A stretch of DNA of 64,000 nucleotides from Candidatus Saccharimonadales bacterium (GCA_046350615.1 JAXMAA010000001.1:268263-332262), one strand, 5' to 3'. Shown: positions 29,202 to 38,468, numbered from the stretch's first letter. Made by a program: numbers and translations. Notes: generated by a model from the letters alone, not told the origin.

Positions 29202-29783
29202 ATGAACCTGCCAAATATCTCAAAGCAATCACAACTTGGCACAAATGACTATTTGGTGCAAGCAGACCCAGCGGCCGAAAAGAAGAAGCTCTACCTTATT
29301 GTTGGTGGCGTCATAGCATTGCTCTTGATCTTAAGTTTCTTGATCTTTGGCAACAAACCAACACCCGGCCTCACTGAAATGCGCAGTGGTTTACAGGCAA
29401 CATCTGACGCACTCGGTATTGTTGATGAATATCAAGATAAACTCAGCTACGCACCTACTAAAAACGACATAGCCCTCACCAAAACTCTCCTACGCGGCAA
29501 CTTCCAGAATCTCAACGAAATCTACAATACATTTAAGCCCAAAAAACGGTTTACCGGCACACCCAAGCCAGACAAAAAGTCTGCCGAGAGCCTGGATGAG
29601 GCCGTTCGCAACAACACTATTGATAACAATATCGTTGAAGTTCTGAAGCCAAAAATTACAAAAGCTGAAAGCGAATTAAAAAAAGCCAAGCCAAACTTTA
29701 CCAAAAAAGAATCTTCAAACAAAATTCAGACCGCCATTGACGATCTGCAATCAATTCAAGAACTCCTCAACCGCGCCCGGTAA
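29202..29783 (+). CDS. Hypothetical single-pass membrane protein
   Basis: N-terminal transmembrane helix LYLIVGGVIALLLILSFLIFG. The rest is a hydrophilic Lys-rich region. Confidence 0.5.
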   Translation: MNLPNISKQSQLGTNDYLVQADPAAEKKKLYLIVGGVIALLLILSFLIFGNKPTPGLTEMRSGLQATSDALGIVDEYQDKLSYAPTKNDIALTKTLLRGNFQNLNEIYNTFKPKKRFTGTPKPDKKSAESLDEAVRNNTIDNNIVEVLKPKITKAESELKKAKPNFTKKESSNKIQTAIDDLQSIQELLNRAR

Positions 29784-29880
29784 ATAATCCTCATTTCTTA
29801 GATTTTAGCAAACCTCCCTTTCGCCTTCATCCTCGTGCATGCCACCAACGTAACGAACTACGAAAACTACCAACTATGAA

Positions 29881-30252
29881 CTATTCATTAGCCAAAAGTG
29901 CCTGCTCGTCTTTCGTTAAACCCTCAACCACTAAGTGGTACGAAAGATCAACAAGGCTCAGAAGATATTCTTGCTCCATCTCGCCACTGACAATAATTGT
30001 GTTCCAGAGTTTCTTATTCAGATGATATCCCGGCATCACCGTCGTATATTGCTCGCGCAGCTTCTCAGCCAAGACTGGATCACACTTTAAGCTAACCTGC
30101 ACAGGCTTCTTGCCTTCTTGAATTAAAGCAAACATCTTGGCCGTTTTTTTCGAGCCCACTTTATACACTACAACACCATCACCGAACGGATAATCAAGCC
30201 AACTCCCTGGCTTGCTCAAAATATATTCCTCTAGTTCCTTATGTGACAACAT
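29881..30252 (-). CDS. MmcQ/YjbR family DNA-binding protein
   Basis: LSKPGSWLDYPFGDGVVVYKVGSKKTAKMFALI matches the YjbR/MmcQ pattern. Confidence 0.65.
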   Translation of the reverse strand: MLSHKELEEYILSKPGSWLDYPFGDGVVVYKVGSKKTAKMFALIQEGKKPVQVSLKCDPVLAEKLREQYTTVMPGYHLNKKLWNTIIVSGEMEQEYLLSLVDLSYHLVVEGLTKDEQALLANE

Positions 30253-30889
30253 CGTTCATCTCCTTAACGATACCGATGACATCCGACAGCGTATCAATAA
30301 GATAATCAGCACCAGCCTCTTTCAACATTTCAGAGGTTCCGAACCCATGAGTGATGCCTATTGTAGCAAACAGCTTCGCCGATCGAGCAGCTTGTATATC
30401 AGCTGGTAAGTCGCCTACCATAATTGCCCGCCCTGCCGCCACACCTAACCGAGCTAGCGCCGTCAAAACTGGCTCAGGATGTGGCTTGTGGTGCCTAGTG
30501 TCATTGCCGCCAACAATGACAGAGAACTGATCGAGAATGCCCGCCTGCGCGAGAAGCTCCTCGCTCGATGTCGCAGTGGTGACAAGGCCAATCAAAAGGC
30601 CGCTTTTTACAAGCTCGTCGACCACCTTTCCGACCCCCTCATACAGATGCACGTCTTCTTTCAGTTCACTAAACTTTTGATAGAATTTTTCACTTAAATC
30701 ATCTCTCGAGATATGAGGCACAAATCTATCATGTACTGCATTAATATGATGAATGTGTGGGCGCAGATCATCTTGACTTACTTCAACACCATACGAATTA
30801 AGAGCGTGTACGTTAGCTGCCCATAGAGCATCTCGACTATCCCTTAAAACACCGTCGAAATCAAAAAAAACCGCCTCAATCTTAACCAT
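30239..30889 (-). CDS. HAD-superfamily phosphatase (phosphoglycolate-phosphatase-like)
   Basis: FFDFDGVL motif I, and later VGDLPADIQAARSA motif IV. Confidence 0.75.
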   Translation of the reverse strand: MVKIEAVFFDFDGVLRDSRDALWAANVHALNSYGVEVSQDDLRPHIHHINAVHDRFVPHISRDDLSEKFYQKFSELKEDVHLYEGVGKVVDELVKSGLLIGLVTTATSSEELLAQAGILDQFSVIVGGNDTRHHKPHPEPVLTALARLGVAAGRAIMVGDLPADIQAARSAKLFATIGITHGFGTSEMLKEAGADYLIDTLSDVIGIVKEMNDVVT

Positions 30890-31440
30890 TACTGTTTTAG
30901 CTTCTCTAAGTAAAATTGTAGCTCTACAATTGAGGCTTGAATGTCGTCAAAGGCGCGATGAATATCTTTCTTTGCATACTCACCTCTTCCTTGACCCTGC
31001 ATCAGCACTTTTAGGCTCGATACATCAAGCATCCGATAGTGAAGTTTCAGGTCCAATCCTGGCCACCACTTTTCAATAAACTTTTTATCGTTATGGATCG
31101 AGTTACCAGCCAAAACCGCTGGCTCGTTACCAAAATGTTCTTCCACAAAACGTATCAGATCTTGCTCAACCTGTTCAGCACTTGGCGCATTCGGTACATT
31201 TTTTAAGAAGTTATCACGATTTTCCGGATAATCCTTCCACCACACGTTTGCCTGCATACGCTCTGCAAGCACCTTCTTTGGCTGACCAACTAAAGATTCG
31301 TAGCTACCAAGTGTTTTAAAATCAAAATCAGTCACCTCCGCAGCTATTTCAATAATTACATCTTTTTGCGGATCCAGGCCTGTCATCTCTAGGTCTATCC
31401 AGAGAAGCTTGGTTGGTATAATCTTTTTCAAATTCGTCAT
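30889..31440 (-). CDS. orn: Oligoribonuclease (DEDDh 3'-5' exonuclease)
   Basis: LLWIDLEMTGLDPQKDVIIEIAAEVTD, AGNSIHNDKKFI and HYRMLDVSSLK are the Exo I/II/III motifs. Confidence 0.9.
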   Translation of the reverse strand: MTNLKKIIPTKLLWIDLEMTGLDPQKDVIIEIAAEVTDFDFKTLGSYESLVGQPKKVLAERMQANVWWKDYPENRDNFLKNVPNAPSAEQVEQDLIRFVEEHFGNEPAVLAGNSIHNDKKFIEKWWPGLDLKLHYRMLDVSSLKVLMQGQGRGEYAKKDIHRAFDDIQASIVELQFYLEKLKQ

Positions 31441-31496
31441 GCCTGTTTGTATATTCCTATGGTTACATTATAGCATATTTAAAACAAAAACTCAAC

Positions 31497-32750
31497 TTAC
31501 CGTTTGTCTTGTAGGAGCTCCTGAAGTGCCAGAATTGTGGCAGCATCTTTGAATGATATGTGCTCTTTTTTGGCAAGTTCTAACATACGCTGTGTAGCTG
31601 AACTCAAAATTTCATTCAATTTTGTATTCACCTTGCGCTCACTCCAAGCTTCGCCTGCCAAATTCTGAAGCCACTCTAAATAACTCACCACCACACCACC
31701 GGCATTAGAAACCACATCTGGTAAAATTTCTCTTCCTCTTTGCAAAAAATTCTCGTGAGCTGCATCTGTTACCGGTCCATTTGCGAGTTCTAAAATTATT
31801 TTGGCCTGCACTGTACTAACATTGTCTTCAACCACTACATCACCAAGCGCGGCGAGTACTAAAATATCAACCGGCAACGAGAGCACTGCATCTCGCTCTA
31901 AAAATTCAGTGTGCGTATTATCAAGATCCTCTATCAAGCCATGCTTGTGCCCGTTATATTCTTCTAGGCTTAAGCCATCGCGGTTGTGAGTAAAGTTTTT
32001 AATAACCAACGTTCGCTTTGAGTCCGAAACAGCCACTACACGTACGCCAAGCTTTTCTTCAGCCAGTTTTGCAAACCAAAAACCAACATTCCCAACTCCT
32101 TGCACGGCAACCGTAATTGTTTTTGGATCGACTTGTTTGCTCTTAAGATACTCTCTGAGCACAATCATACCTCCGCGACCCGTAGCTTGCTCTCGCCCCA
32201 AACTTCCGCCCTTACCAACAGTTTTTCCCGTAAATGCAGCTTTGCTCGTATCGCCAGTATGCTTTTCAAACTCATCAGCCATCCAATCTAAAACTTCAGA
32301 GGGAGTGCCCACATCTGGGCCAGGGACATCTTTATGTGGACCAATATGCGGCAGCAAATGCTGAGCGTATGCGCGTGACACTGCTTCAATATGAGCCTGG
32401 TCATGCTCGCGCGGATCAAACGCGACCCCACCCTTGCCACCACCCATCGGAATACCGGCCGCCGCCGTTTTCAAGCTCATTAAAAGCGCCAAGGCGCGCA
32501 CTTCCTCTTCATCCACCGCTCCGTGAAACCGAATACCACCCTTATATGGCCCGCGCTTACTACTGTGTTGCACACGGTACGCTCTATGTGTTTTACCATT
32601 CACAGAAAGCTCAAAACTATGCACCATCTCCGGAGTCAAGAGCTGTGCAGTTTGCGCCTCACTGAGCTTTAGTCGCTGCGCTGCCCGCTTTACCGTTGCC
32701 TCAGCCGACCTAAGCATACTTCCCATAGTTACTCCTTGTGTGTTAAACAA
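31497..32750 (-). CDS. Glu/Leu/Phe/Val-family (glutamate) dehydrogenase
   Basis: KGGIRFHGAVDEEEV...GIPMGGGKGGV and the Rossmann motif GVGNVGF. Confidence 0.9.
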   Translation of the reverse strand: MFNTQGVTMGSMLRSAEATVKRAAQRLKLSEAQTAQLLTPEMVHSFELSVNGKTHRAYRVQHSSKRGPYKGGIRFHGAVDEEEVRALALLMSLKTAAAGIPMGGGKGGVAFDPREHDQAHIEAVSRAYAQHLLPHIGPHKDVPGPDVGTPSEVLDWMADEFEKHTGDTSKAAFTGKTVGKGGSLGREQATGRGGMIVLREYLKSKQVDPKTITVAVQGVGNVGFWFAKLAEEKLGVRVVAVSDSKRTLVIKNFTHNRDGLSLEEYNGHKHGLIEDLDNTHTEFLERDAVLSLPVDILVLAALGDVVVEDNVSTVQAKIILELANGPVTDAAHENFLQRGREILPDVVSNAGGVVVSYLEWLQNLAGEAWSERKVNTKLNEILSSATQRMLELAKKEHISFKDAATILALQELLQDKR

Positions 32751-33184
32751 ACCGAGTTAATACAATAATGTTTACCAGTTGGCGTCATAGGATCATCAAA
32801 CAAATGCCCGAGGTGCGAGCCACAGTTTGCGCAGACCACCTCAGTTCGTACCATCCCATTTGAGGCATCTGGCCTCAGCTCAACCGCACCATCCTCGGCC
32901 GCAGCCTCAAAACTCGGCCAACCCACCAATCCAGGCATTTCAGAAAGATGCTGCTGCTTAGCACGAAACAGATGCGCCCCGCAGGCTGCGCAGTAATATT
33001 CTCCCGATTCCCGCGGTTGCACAAACTCGCCAGAAAATGGCATCTCCGTCCCCTTTTTACGCAAAACCCTATACTGCTCCTCCGTCAACTGATCTCGCCA
33101 TTCATTATCGGTTTTCTTAATCATCACGACCCCATCGCCAACGAGCTGGCTCGCCTTTTTTATAACAGAGGGAGACCAACGCAA
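32729..33184 (-). CDS. msrB: Peptide-methionine (R)-S-oxide reductase
   Basis: Two CxxC zinc motifs (CAACGAHLF and CANCGSHLGHLFDD) and the RxEVxC catalytic region. Confidence 0.9.
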   Translation of the reverse strand: MRWSPSVIKKASQLVGDGVVMIKKTDNEWRDQLTEEQYRVLRKKGTEMPFSGEFVQPRESGEYYCAACGAHLFRAKQQHLSEMPGLVGWPSFEAAAEDGAVELRPDASNGMVRTEVVCANCGSHLGHLFDDPMTPTGKHYCINSVCLTHKE

Positions 33185-33383
33185 TTAACCATGTACACGA
33201 AGTCCCGAACAGTAAAAGTCCCTGATAGTTACTCCTCTCTACAAACCGAGCCGCAAGAGCTGTATGTCCAATAAATCCAGCGAGGCAAATCGCATATGCA
33301 AGCCAACCTTGCCACGTCAGCGGGTAGCTCCAACCATATCCATACCGTTTTGCCTTAAACCAATACTGCACCTTCTTCGTCAT
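33117..33383 (-). CDS. Small membrane protein (about 89 aa from MTKK)
   Basis: Two hydrophobic helices. The upstream part of the listed ORF overlaps the family-2 repeat, so the shorter start is preferred. Confidence 0.35.
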   Translation of the reverse strand: MTKKVQYWFKAKRYGYGWSYPLTWQGWLAYAICLAGFIGHTALAARFVERSNYQGLLLFGTSCTWLIALVSLCYKKGEPARWRWGRDD

Positions 33384-33404
33384 ATTTCCAGTATACGCCC
33401 TTAC

Positions 33405-33482
33405 GCAAAAACTGGCGCCCAAACGCCAGTCTTCAACTCTAAGCTCTACGAACTGCAATCTATTTGCTGCGATCTGTTGTCC
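33405..33482. repeat. ~80-bp composite repeat (terminator hairpin plus family-2 motif), left copy flanking the relBE cassette
   Basis: gcaaaaactggcgcccaaacgccagtcttcaactctaagctctacgaactgcaatctatttgctgcgatctgttgtcc is about 85% identical to 34213-34298. Its reverse complement gives a ctggcg/cgccag hairpin plus TTTTGC, a minus-strand terminator. Confidence 0.65.
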
Positions 33483-33543
33483 GCCCCTTTAAGGGCCTGT
33501 GCTATCTTTATCAGACATCAGGCAGGGTCAAGCCGTCACAACC

Positions 33544-33756
33544 TCATCCATACAGCTGGCCATGAGTGCCCAAAAACGCAAAAATAACAATCCGGCCATC
33601 CTCCTTTTCGTAATAAAGCGCCCTAATATCCCCGGTTATATTGATGCTGCGGTACCCGCGGTATTTACCGGTTAATGCATGATCGCGAAGTTGCTTCTGA
33701 CGTTTATCAGCACAGAAAGCAAGAATTCTTTCTTTAGCTTTTATCTGTACTTTCAC
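33544..33756 (-). CDS. RelE/ParE-family toxin (intact)
   Basis: LTGKYRGYRSINITGDIRALYYEKEDGRIVIFAFLGTHGQLY is a classic RelE/ParE C-terminal pattern. GTG start. Confidence 0.8.
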   Translation of the reverse strand: MKVQIKAKERILAFCADKRQKQLRDHALTGKYRGYRSINITGDIRALYYEKEDGRIVIFAFLGTHGQLYG

Positions 33757-33837
33757 CGACTGCTTTTTGAGCTGATTAGTGAATTACTTTGAGTATTCAA
33801 CCGTAAAACTTTGCCCCTTCATACCAAACTACCCCTC

Positions 33838-34140
33838 TTATCTACTGTCCTCAATCGATGCATCAATCTCTCTCATAAATGTTTCGTGGTCAACCGTCTC
33901 CAGTGTTCCATTCAGCCGCTCCCGCTCAAACTCGCCAATAATCTTCTCCATCTGCGGCGTCATCTCCTCGGCCGGGAAGTGCTCTACACGGGCGCTAAAA
34001 GTAACACTTTGCGTTCGAACCGCCTCTTTAATAAGGCCATTGATTAAAGACCCCAGAGGCAGACCAAGATCAGCCGCTAACTTCTGCGCCTGTGCTTTTA
34101 CCTTGGGATCAGTTTTAATTGAAAGTGTAGCCGTTTTCAT
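33838..34140 (-). CDS. DinJ/RelB-family antitoxin, paralog 3
   Basis: MKTATLSIKTDPKVKAQAQKLAADLGLPLGSLINGLIKEAV. It is upstream of the RelE-like toxin in the same orientation. Confidence 0.75.
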   Translation of the reverse strand: MKTATLSIKTDPKVKAQAQKLAADLGLPLGSLINGLIKEAVRTQSVTFSARVEHFPAEEMTPQMEKIIGEFERERLNGTLETVDHETFMREIDASIEDSR

Positions 34141-34212
34141 ACCTAAAGTATAGCAAAAGTATACATAAATACAATACTTCTACGAACTTTTTGTAAAAGA
34201 ACCAACCCTAAA

Positions 34213-34298
34213 GCAAAACTGGCGCCAAAGCGCCAGCTTCTCACCCTAAGCTCTCAGAACTAAGATCTGCAATCTATTTGCTGTTATCTGTTAACTAG
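34213..34298. repeat. ~85-bp composite repeat, right copy flanking the relBE cassette; it also acts as the mscL terminator
   Basis: gcaaaactggcgccaaagcgccagcttctcaccctaagctctcagaactaagatctgcaatctatttgctgttatctgttaactag. On the minus strand the ctggcgctttggcgccag hairpin is followed by TTTTGC. Confidence 0.65.
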
Positions 34299-34621
34299 CT
34301 CTTCTTGTCTATTCGATCAAGCTTCGCCAGATGCACAATCTGGTAAATTACAAAAGCCGTGGCCAAAAGTGTAATCACTGCACCTAAAATAGCGCCCCAA
34401 CCAATAGTTAAAACTCTATCATCGCCGATTTTTACTACTGTCCAACTATACTTACTCAAATCCGTGCCGCCCAAAATGAAGCCAACAATTGGGTTAATAA
34501 AGTTCTCCACCAAAGATTTCACCGCTTCACCAGCAGCAGAACCAATCGCCAAACCAACAGCCAGCCCAACTACACCCTGTTCACGAACATAATCCAAAAA
34601 CCCCTTAGCATGTTTTTTCAT
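34295..34621 (-). CDS. mscL: Large-conductance mechanosensitive channel
   Basis: GFLDYVREQGVVGLAVGLAIGSAAGEAVKSLVENFINPIVGFILGG is collinear with E. coli MscL ([40 protein letters not shown]). Confidence 0.9.
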   Translation of the reverse strand: MKKHAKGFLDYVREQGVVGLAVGLAIGSAAGEAVKSLVENFINPIVGFILGGTDLSKYSWTVVKIGDDRVLTIGWGAILGAVITLLATAFVIYQIVHLAKLDRIDKKS

Positions 34622-34732
34622 ACAACCTCCCTAAGTTACGATACTGTTAGATCAAATTATACACTAATAATACAGTAAATGGGTCAATGAATAGAATGTT
34701 ATTGATTTAAAATCTATTTTATACTAGAATAT

Positions 34733-35389
34733 ATGCTTATGGCACAATTAGAATTAGATATTGTCACCCATGCCCAAGGATACGGAGATCGAGAAAAAAC
34801 TCGGTTAGTTGCTGAGGCCGCAAGATTAACACACCACGCAATCACTGTTGTCGCCCCCCACGTATGCGTAGCTCAAAGATCATTTGATCATAACGAGCAG
34901 AGGAATCTTGTTACCGCCCGGTATGATACGCCCGGCAGGTCTCAAACCGACATCCTGGACTATCTGGTAGCGCAAAATATACAGCGTAACAGGTTTCGCG
35001 TAGACCCATCGTTAAAGGTGATCTCTTTCATACCCGGACCAACACGACTTAAAGAAACCGATAGAGATGGTGGCGAGATTAAATATCCATATGGCTTCAG
35101 TCTCGAAGAATACAGTGAGGGCGCGGTAGCTGTTGATAAAATACTCGACCTTGTCCCTCAAAGAAGAGCCCGTGCGGCAGCTGCAATACTTGCCTATACA
35201 GCAGTCCACGAGGTTGGCCACCTGCTAGGCTTGGTGCGACCACCCAGAGGTGATAGAAAGAAACATTGCAGGAAACTCTGCGTAATGAAAAGTACTCCTA
35301 CCCCTGAAGATACCGGAAGGGCTGTTGGGGAAATGGGCGGTAGAATTCTATTTTGCGCAGATTGTCGCCTAGACCTCAGAAAAGCTTAA
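34733..35389 (+). CDS. Archaemetzincin-like zinc metallopeptidase (M54 family)
   Basis: HEVGHLLGL...HCRKLCVM...FCADC fits the archaemetzincin signature HExxHxxGx3CxxxxCxMx17CxxC (catalytic zinc plus a structural Cys4 zinc). Confidence 0.75.
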   Translation: MLMAQLELDIVTHAQGYGDREKTRLVAEAARLTHHAITVVAPHVCVAQRSFDHNEQRNLVTARYDTPGRSQTDILDYLVAQNIQRNRFRVDPSLKVISFIPGPTRLKETDRDGGEIKYPYGFSLEEYSEGAVAVDKILDLVPQRRARAAAAILAYTAVHEVGHLLGLVRPPRGDRKKHCRKLCVMKSTPTPEDTGRAVGEMGGRILFCADCRLDLRKA

Positions 35390-35476
35390 TCTAAAAGATA
35401 GTAGCGCTTCGTGGTTACGATACTACTATCTTTTTACGAGAAGACTTCTGCCGTAGCACGATCTTCAAAACTACGT

Positions 35477-35761
35477 TTAGCTGGTTACTTGCTGCGTCTT
35501 TTCTTCAAGGTAATCACTCAGGGCAGCAGCATAGAGCTTGTCAACATCCGCAAACTCCTCTTTTAGCCACTGCCACACCGCATCACTACCCTCTTTAGTC
35601 TTCACTTCCAAGGCTGTACGTTGATCATCGCTCATCAGGTCGTCTAACAACCCCATGACACGAAGCTCAACAACATGGTTTACGGTTCTTAAGGTTTCGT
35701 CTTGGATCTCTTTCGGTAGATTACCAATTCCGAGCTTTTCTATTATCTGTTGATCATTCAT
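35477..35761 (-). CDS. Hypothetical protein (94 aa, acidic)
   Basis: ORF only. Confidence 0.4.
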   Translation of the reverse strand: MNDQQIIEKLGIGNLPKEIQDETLRTVNHVVELRVMGLLDDLMSDDQRTALEVKTKEGSDAVWQWLKEEFADVDKLYAAALSDYLEEKTQQVTS

Positions 35762-35831
35762 ATTCTTATTCCTTATTCAATTATTTGTTTTATTTCTACT
35801 CTAAACGTATTGTATCATTAATTATTTCTGA

Positions 35832-37679
35832 CTACATACCGCTTAATAAGTACTTGAGAACTTCCTGGGCTTCAGGTGTCCACTCAGCAGATCCAGGCGC
35901 ACTAATTCCGTAGTCACCGGCAGTTCGCGCATAGCTACCCATTGGGCGGATAATATTATCGGGACCAAGCTGCGTCTCAAGTGTTTTGTAAAGATCGTGA
36001 GCATGCTGACCGCTAATTGAGTGTCCGTTAGCCTCAAAGAACTGTCGGAGCTCTCGCTCGTAGCCACTTCCTGGCTCTACCTCAAACTGTAAACCTTTTG
36101 GTGCCTCTGGGGTTGGTGGCTTTGGTGCCTCTGGGGTTGGTTGTTTCGGAGGTGTAGGCTCTTTAGGGACATCTTTAGGAGTGTCTGGGGCAGGGTCTTT
36201 ACGCAAAGCCTCTTTCAGCTTGAATGCGCCCTTCCCGGCCATAGCACCAAGTGCTGTTGCGGTACGCACACGCTTACGGTTACGCATCATCTCTTTATCG
36301 GTACTAGCCTCGGTTGCGCTAGTTATATCCTCAACCGAGCCCTTACCATCAATTGCATGCGCCGCTTGAATGTCTGCTGCTTTTACAGCACGGTCTTCGA
36401 GTGACTGCTCTGCTGCCACAGTTAAGCCATTTGCCTTGTTGACACCGTTGGCACGACGAGCTGTTACGTGCTTAGCCATCCCGAACCCTGCGGCACCACC
36501 AGTAACGTAAGCTGCTGTTGCGCCAGCGAAGATGCCTCCGGTTAAGCCTGTTACGGCACCAGCTGCTAATACTACACCAGCTTTTTTAAGTTTGCCCTTA
36601 AAGCCTTGTTGGCTAACCCACCAGTTTACAAACTTATTGGTTGATTTACCCTGCGCCTGACGCTGGTGAAGGATTTCATCCTCCAGCTTGCCATCTTGAG
36701 CAATATTACCAATCAGACTCAGCTGGCGCACAACGTCCTCTTCCCAGCCAACACGCTGCAGTTCAGCCGCTGTTGCTTCAGAAAGGGCTGTATACGCCTC
36801 CTCGTACTCTTGTTTGGCTTGTTCGGTTTCAGCATTAAAAGCACGTGTTGAACTCAACTTGTTGGCAAGACCTTGCACTGGCTTGCTAGCCTTAACAGTG
36901 TTCCACTTCTCTACTATCTTGGTAACGCCGGGAATCTTAGCAAGAATACCACCAACTTGGGTATCTGGGCGGAAGAACCGGCCGAGGTATGATTTACGGC
37001 TTTTGGCAGTCATCTCGGCATAACGGCTACGAGCAACGTCAAGGCGCTCAATCATTGCTGGATCTACTTCGGGCAGCTGCACCAACTCACCCGGCTTTTC
37101 TACCGGTACAAGTGCTCCAGGCTTTGGAGCAAGTTCAATCTCGCTACCGGGTTCTACTGGTCCATCGTACTCTGGGTGCCAATCTGAGGGACGATCTTCG
37201 TCGTTTTCCTCTACATGAACAATGCTGGTGCTACCTTCATTCTCGCGCTGATCGTCACCACTGGTAGAAGTGGTTGCTGCTTCGGTATCGAAAGTCCAGG
37301 GCTCGTGGGCCATAGCTCCAATAGGTAGATAGTCTGGGTCCTCCGGATCTGCGTTCTCAGAACGGGTTAAGTAATCATCACCATATTCACCATCGCGTAC
37401 CGGACGAATGTTTAAGTCATCACGTCCGCCATTAAAGAGGTTAGCACCCTCAATACTATATGTAGCACTCGAGTCTTCCTGTTGTTCACTTTGGTCTGAA
37501 ATGCCAGCCGATTTATATTCGGCAAGACTATCCCGAATTTTATCCTGATGTGCGGCTATGACATCCATGTTCTGTTGAGACAGAAATTTGCCATCTGGTC
37601 GGTGACCTTTCCCGCTTTTGTCAACAGTTACAATGTCTGCTATTTCCTGATTACTTGATTGTGGTGCTTTTTCACTCAT
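35832..37679 (-). CDS. Large acidic hypothetical protein (615 aa) with a Pro/Thr/Lys-rich (PTPPKQPTPEAPKPPTPEAPK) C-proximal segment
   Basis: Long ORF with coding-like composition. It has a central hydrophobic/Gly-rich segment (VVLAAGAVTGLTGGIFAGATAAYVTGGAAGFGMA). Its promoter is found on the minus strand at 37725-37753. Confidence 0.6.
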   Translation of the reverse strand: MSEKAPQSSNQEIADIVTVDKSGKGHRPDGKFLSQQNMDVIAAHQDKIRDSLAEYKSAGISDQSEQQEDSSATYSIEGANLFNGGRDDLNIRPVRDGEYGDDYLTRSENADPEDPDYLPIGAMAHEPWTFDTEAATTSTSGDDQRENEGSTSIVHVEENDEDRPSDWHPEYDGPVEPGSEIELAPKPGALVPVEKPGELVQLPEVDPAMIERLDVARSRYAEMTAKSRKSYLGRFFRPDTQVGGILAKIPGVTKIVEKWNTVKASKPVQGLANKLSSTRAFNAETEQAKQEYEEAYTALSEATAAELQRVGWEEDVVRQLSLIGNIAQDGKLEDEILHQRQAQGKSTNKFVNWWVSQQGFKGKLKKAGVVLAAGAVTGLTGGIFAGATAAYVTGGAAGFGMAKHVTARRANGVNKANGLTVAAEQSLEDRAVKAADIQAAHAIDGKGSVEDITSATEASTDKEMMRNRKRVRTATALGAMAGKGAFKLKEALRKDPAPDTPKDVPKEPTPPKQPTPEAPKPPTPEAPKGLQFEVEPGSGYERELRQFFEANGHSISGQHAHDLYKTLETQLGPDNIIRPMGSYARTAGDYGISAPGSAEWTPEAQEVLKYLLSGM

Positions 37680-37724
37680 TATTTTGTTTCCTTTTTGTTT
37701 GATTTAATGTTGTGATGATACTAT

Positions 37725-37753
37725 ATTAGCAAATCATAAGCTTTTTGTCAAGT
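37725..37753 (-). promoter_or_regulatory. Near-consensus sigma-70 promoter for the 615-aa gene
   Basis: Minus strand: TTGACA, 17 nt, TAATAT (rc of 37748-37753 and 37725-37730), then AAAAGGAAAC RBS and ATG. Confidence 0.55.
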
Positions 37754-37885
37754 ACTATGACATCATTTTGTGTGTTATGTTATTTTCCGTTATAAAGTGT
37801 TCTGCTGAATTCTATCTGTTATTGCTTATGATTTTTAATATAAATTGCTTATTCTTGACAAAATTGTGGTATAAAGTATTGACAT

Positions 37886-38440
37886 AAATAATATTTTGTG
37901 ATAAACTGTATTCATCATCGTTTTGCGGCAACTGTGAGGTGGAGAACTCTCAGCTAACCAGCAAAGGATAGCGATGAGTACTTATAACAAGAGACGTACA
38001 GGCTATCAGAGTAATCTGATGGTTTTTGGCGCCTTAAAGTAACTCATAGGTAAAACGAGATCGCCTATAAAGTGGTCATGTGAGGTACATTAACAAGCTA
38101 CGGTACATAACTTTTGTTATGTATTAGTCAAATCATTACAGTGTATAAACCTGTTGCAACAAAGGCTTCGGGGCAGAGTTGTGTTTAGCTGAATTAACTT
38201 TTGATCCGCCGCAAACGAACCAAAGGCTAATTCGCCGCTAAGCACTACTCTGCTCCTGAGGCAGTTCGGCCTTACAGCTTGAACACTTTAGTTGCAGCAG
38301 ACCGTTTACTTTGTGCGCTTATAGTTACTATAAGATGCACTCGAACACACTAACGCAACAAGCGCATTGATAGCCTTCCAGTTGGGCAGGAGGTATGCCG
38401 CCAAGTACATAATTATGAAAAAATTGTGTGCTGCGCGGCA
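37886..38440 (+). ncRNA. ORF-free ~0.55-kb region with its own promoter-like element; candidate structured ncRNA, not classified
   Basis: TTGACA(taaataatattttgtga)TAAACT at 37886-37914 is followed by ~500 nt that lack ORFs of 60 aa or more on either strand and contain many local stem-loops (e.g. ggcttcggggc; gcgccttaaag...). No motif of tmRNA, RNase P, SRP or 6S RNA could be confirmed by eye. Confidence 0.25.
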
Positions 38441-38468
38441 TATCCCCAACCCGACCCAGGAGGTCATT

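Noticed and set aside
37886-38440. tmRNA (ssrA) assignment for the ORF-free region, prompted by a tag-like GCAAACGAACCAAAGGCT... frame
   Set aside because: No tRNA-Ala-like acceptor/T-arm (GGTTCGANTCC...CCA) is present. The putative tag would be 23 aa and would not end in the usual Ala-Ala. It is kept only as an unclassified ncRNA candidate.
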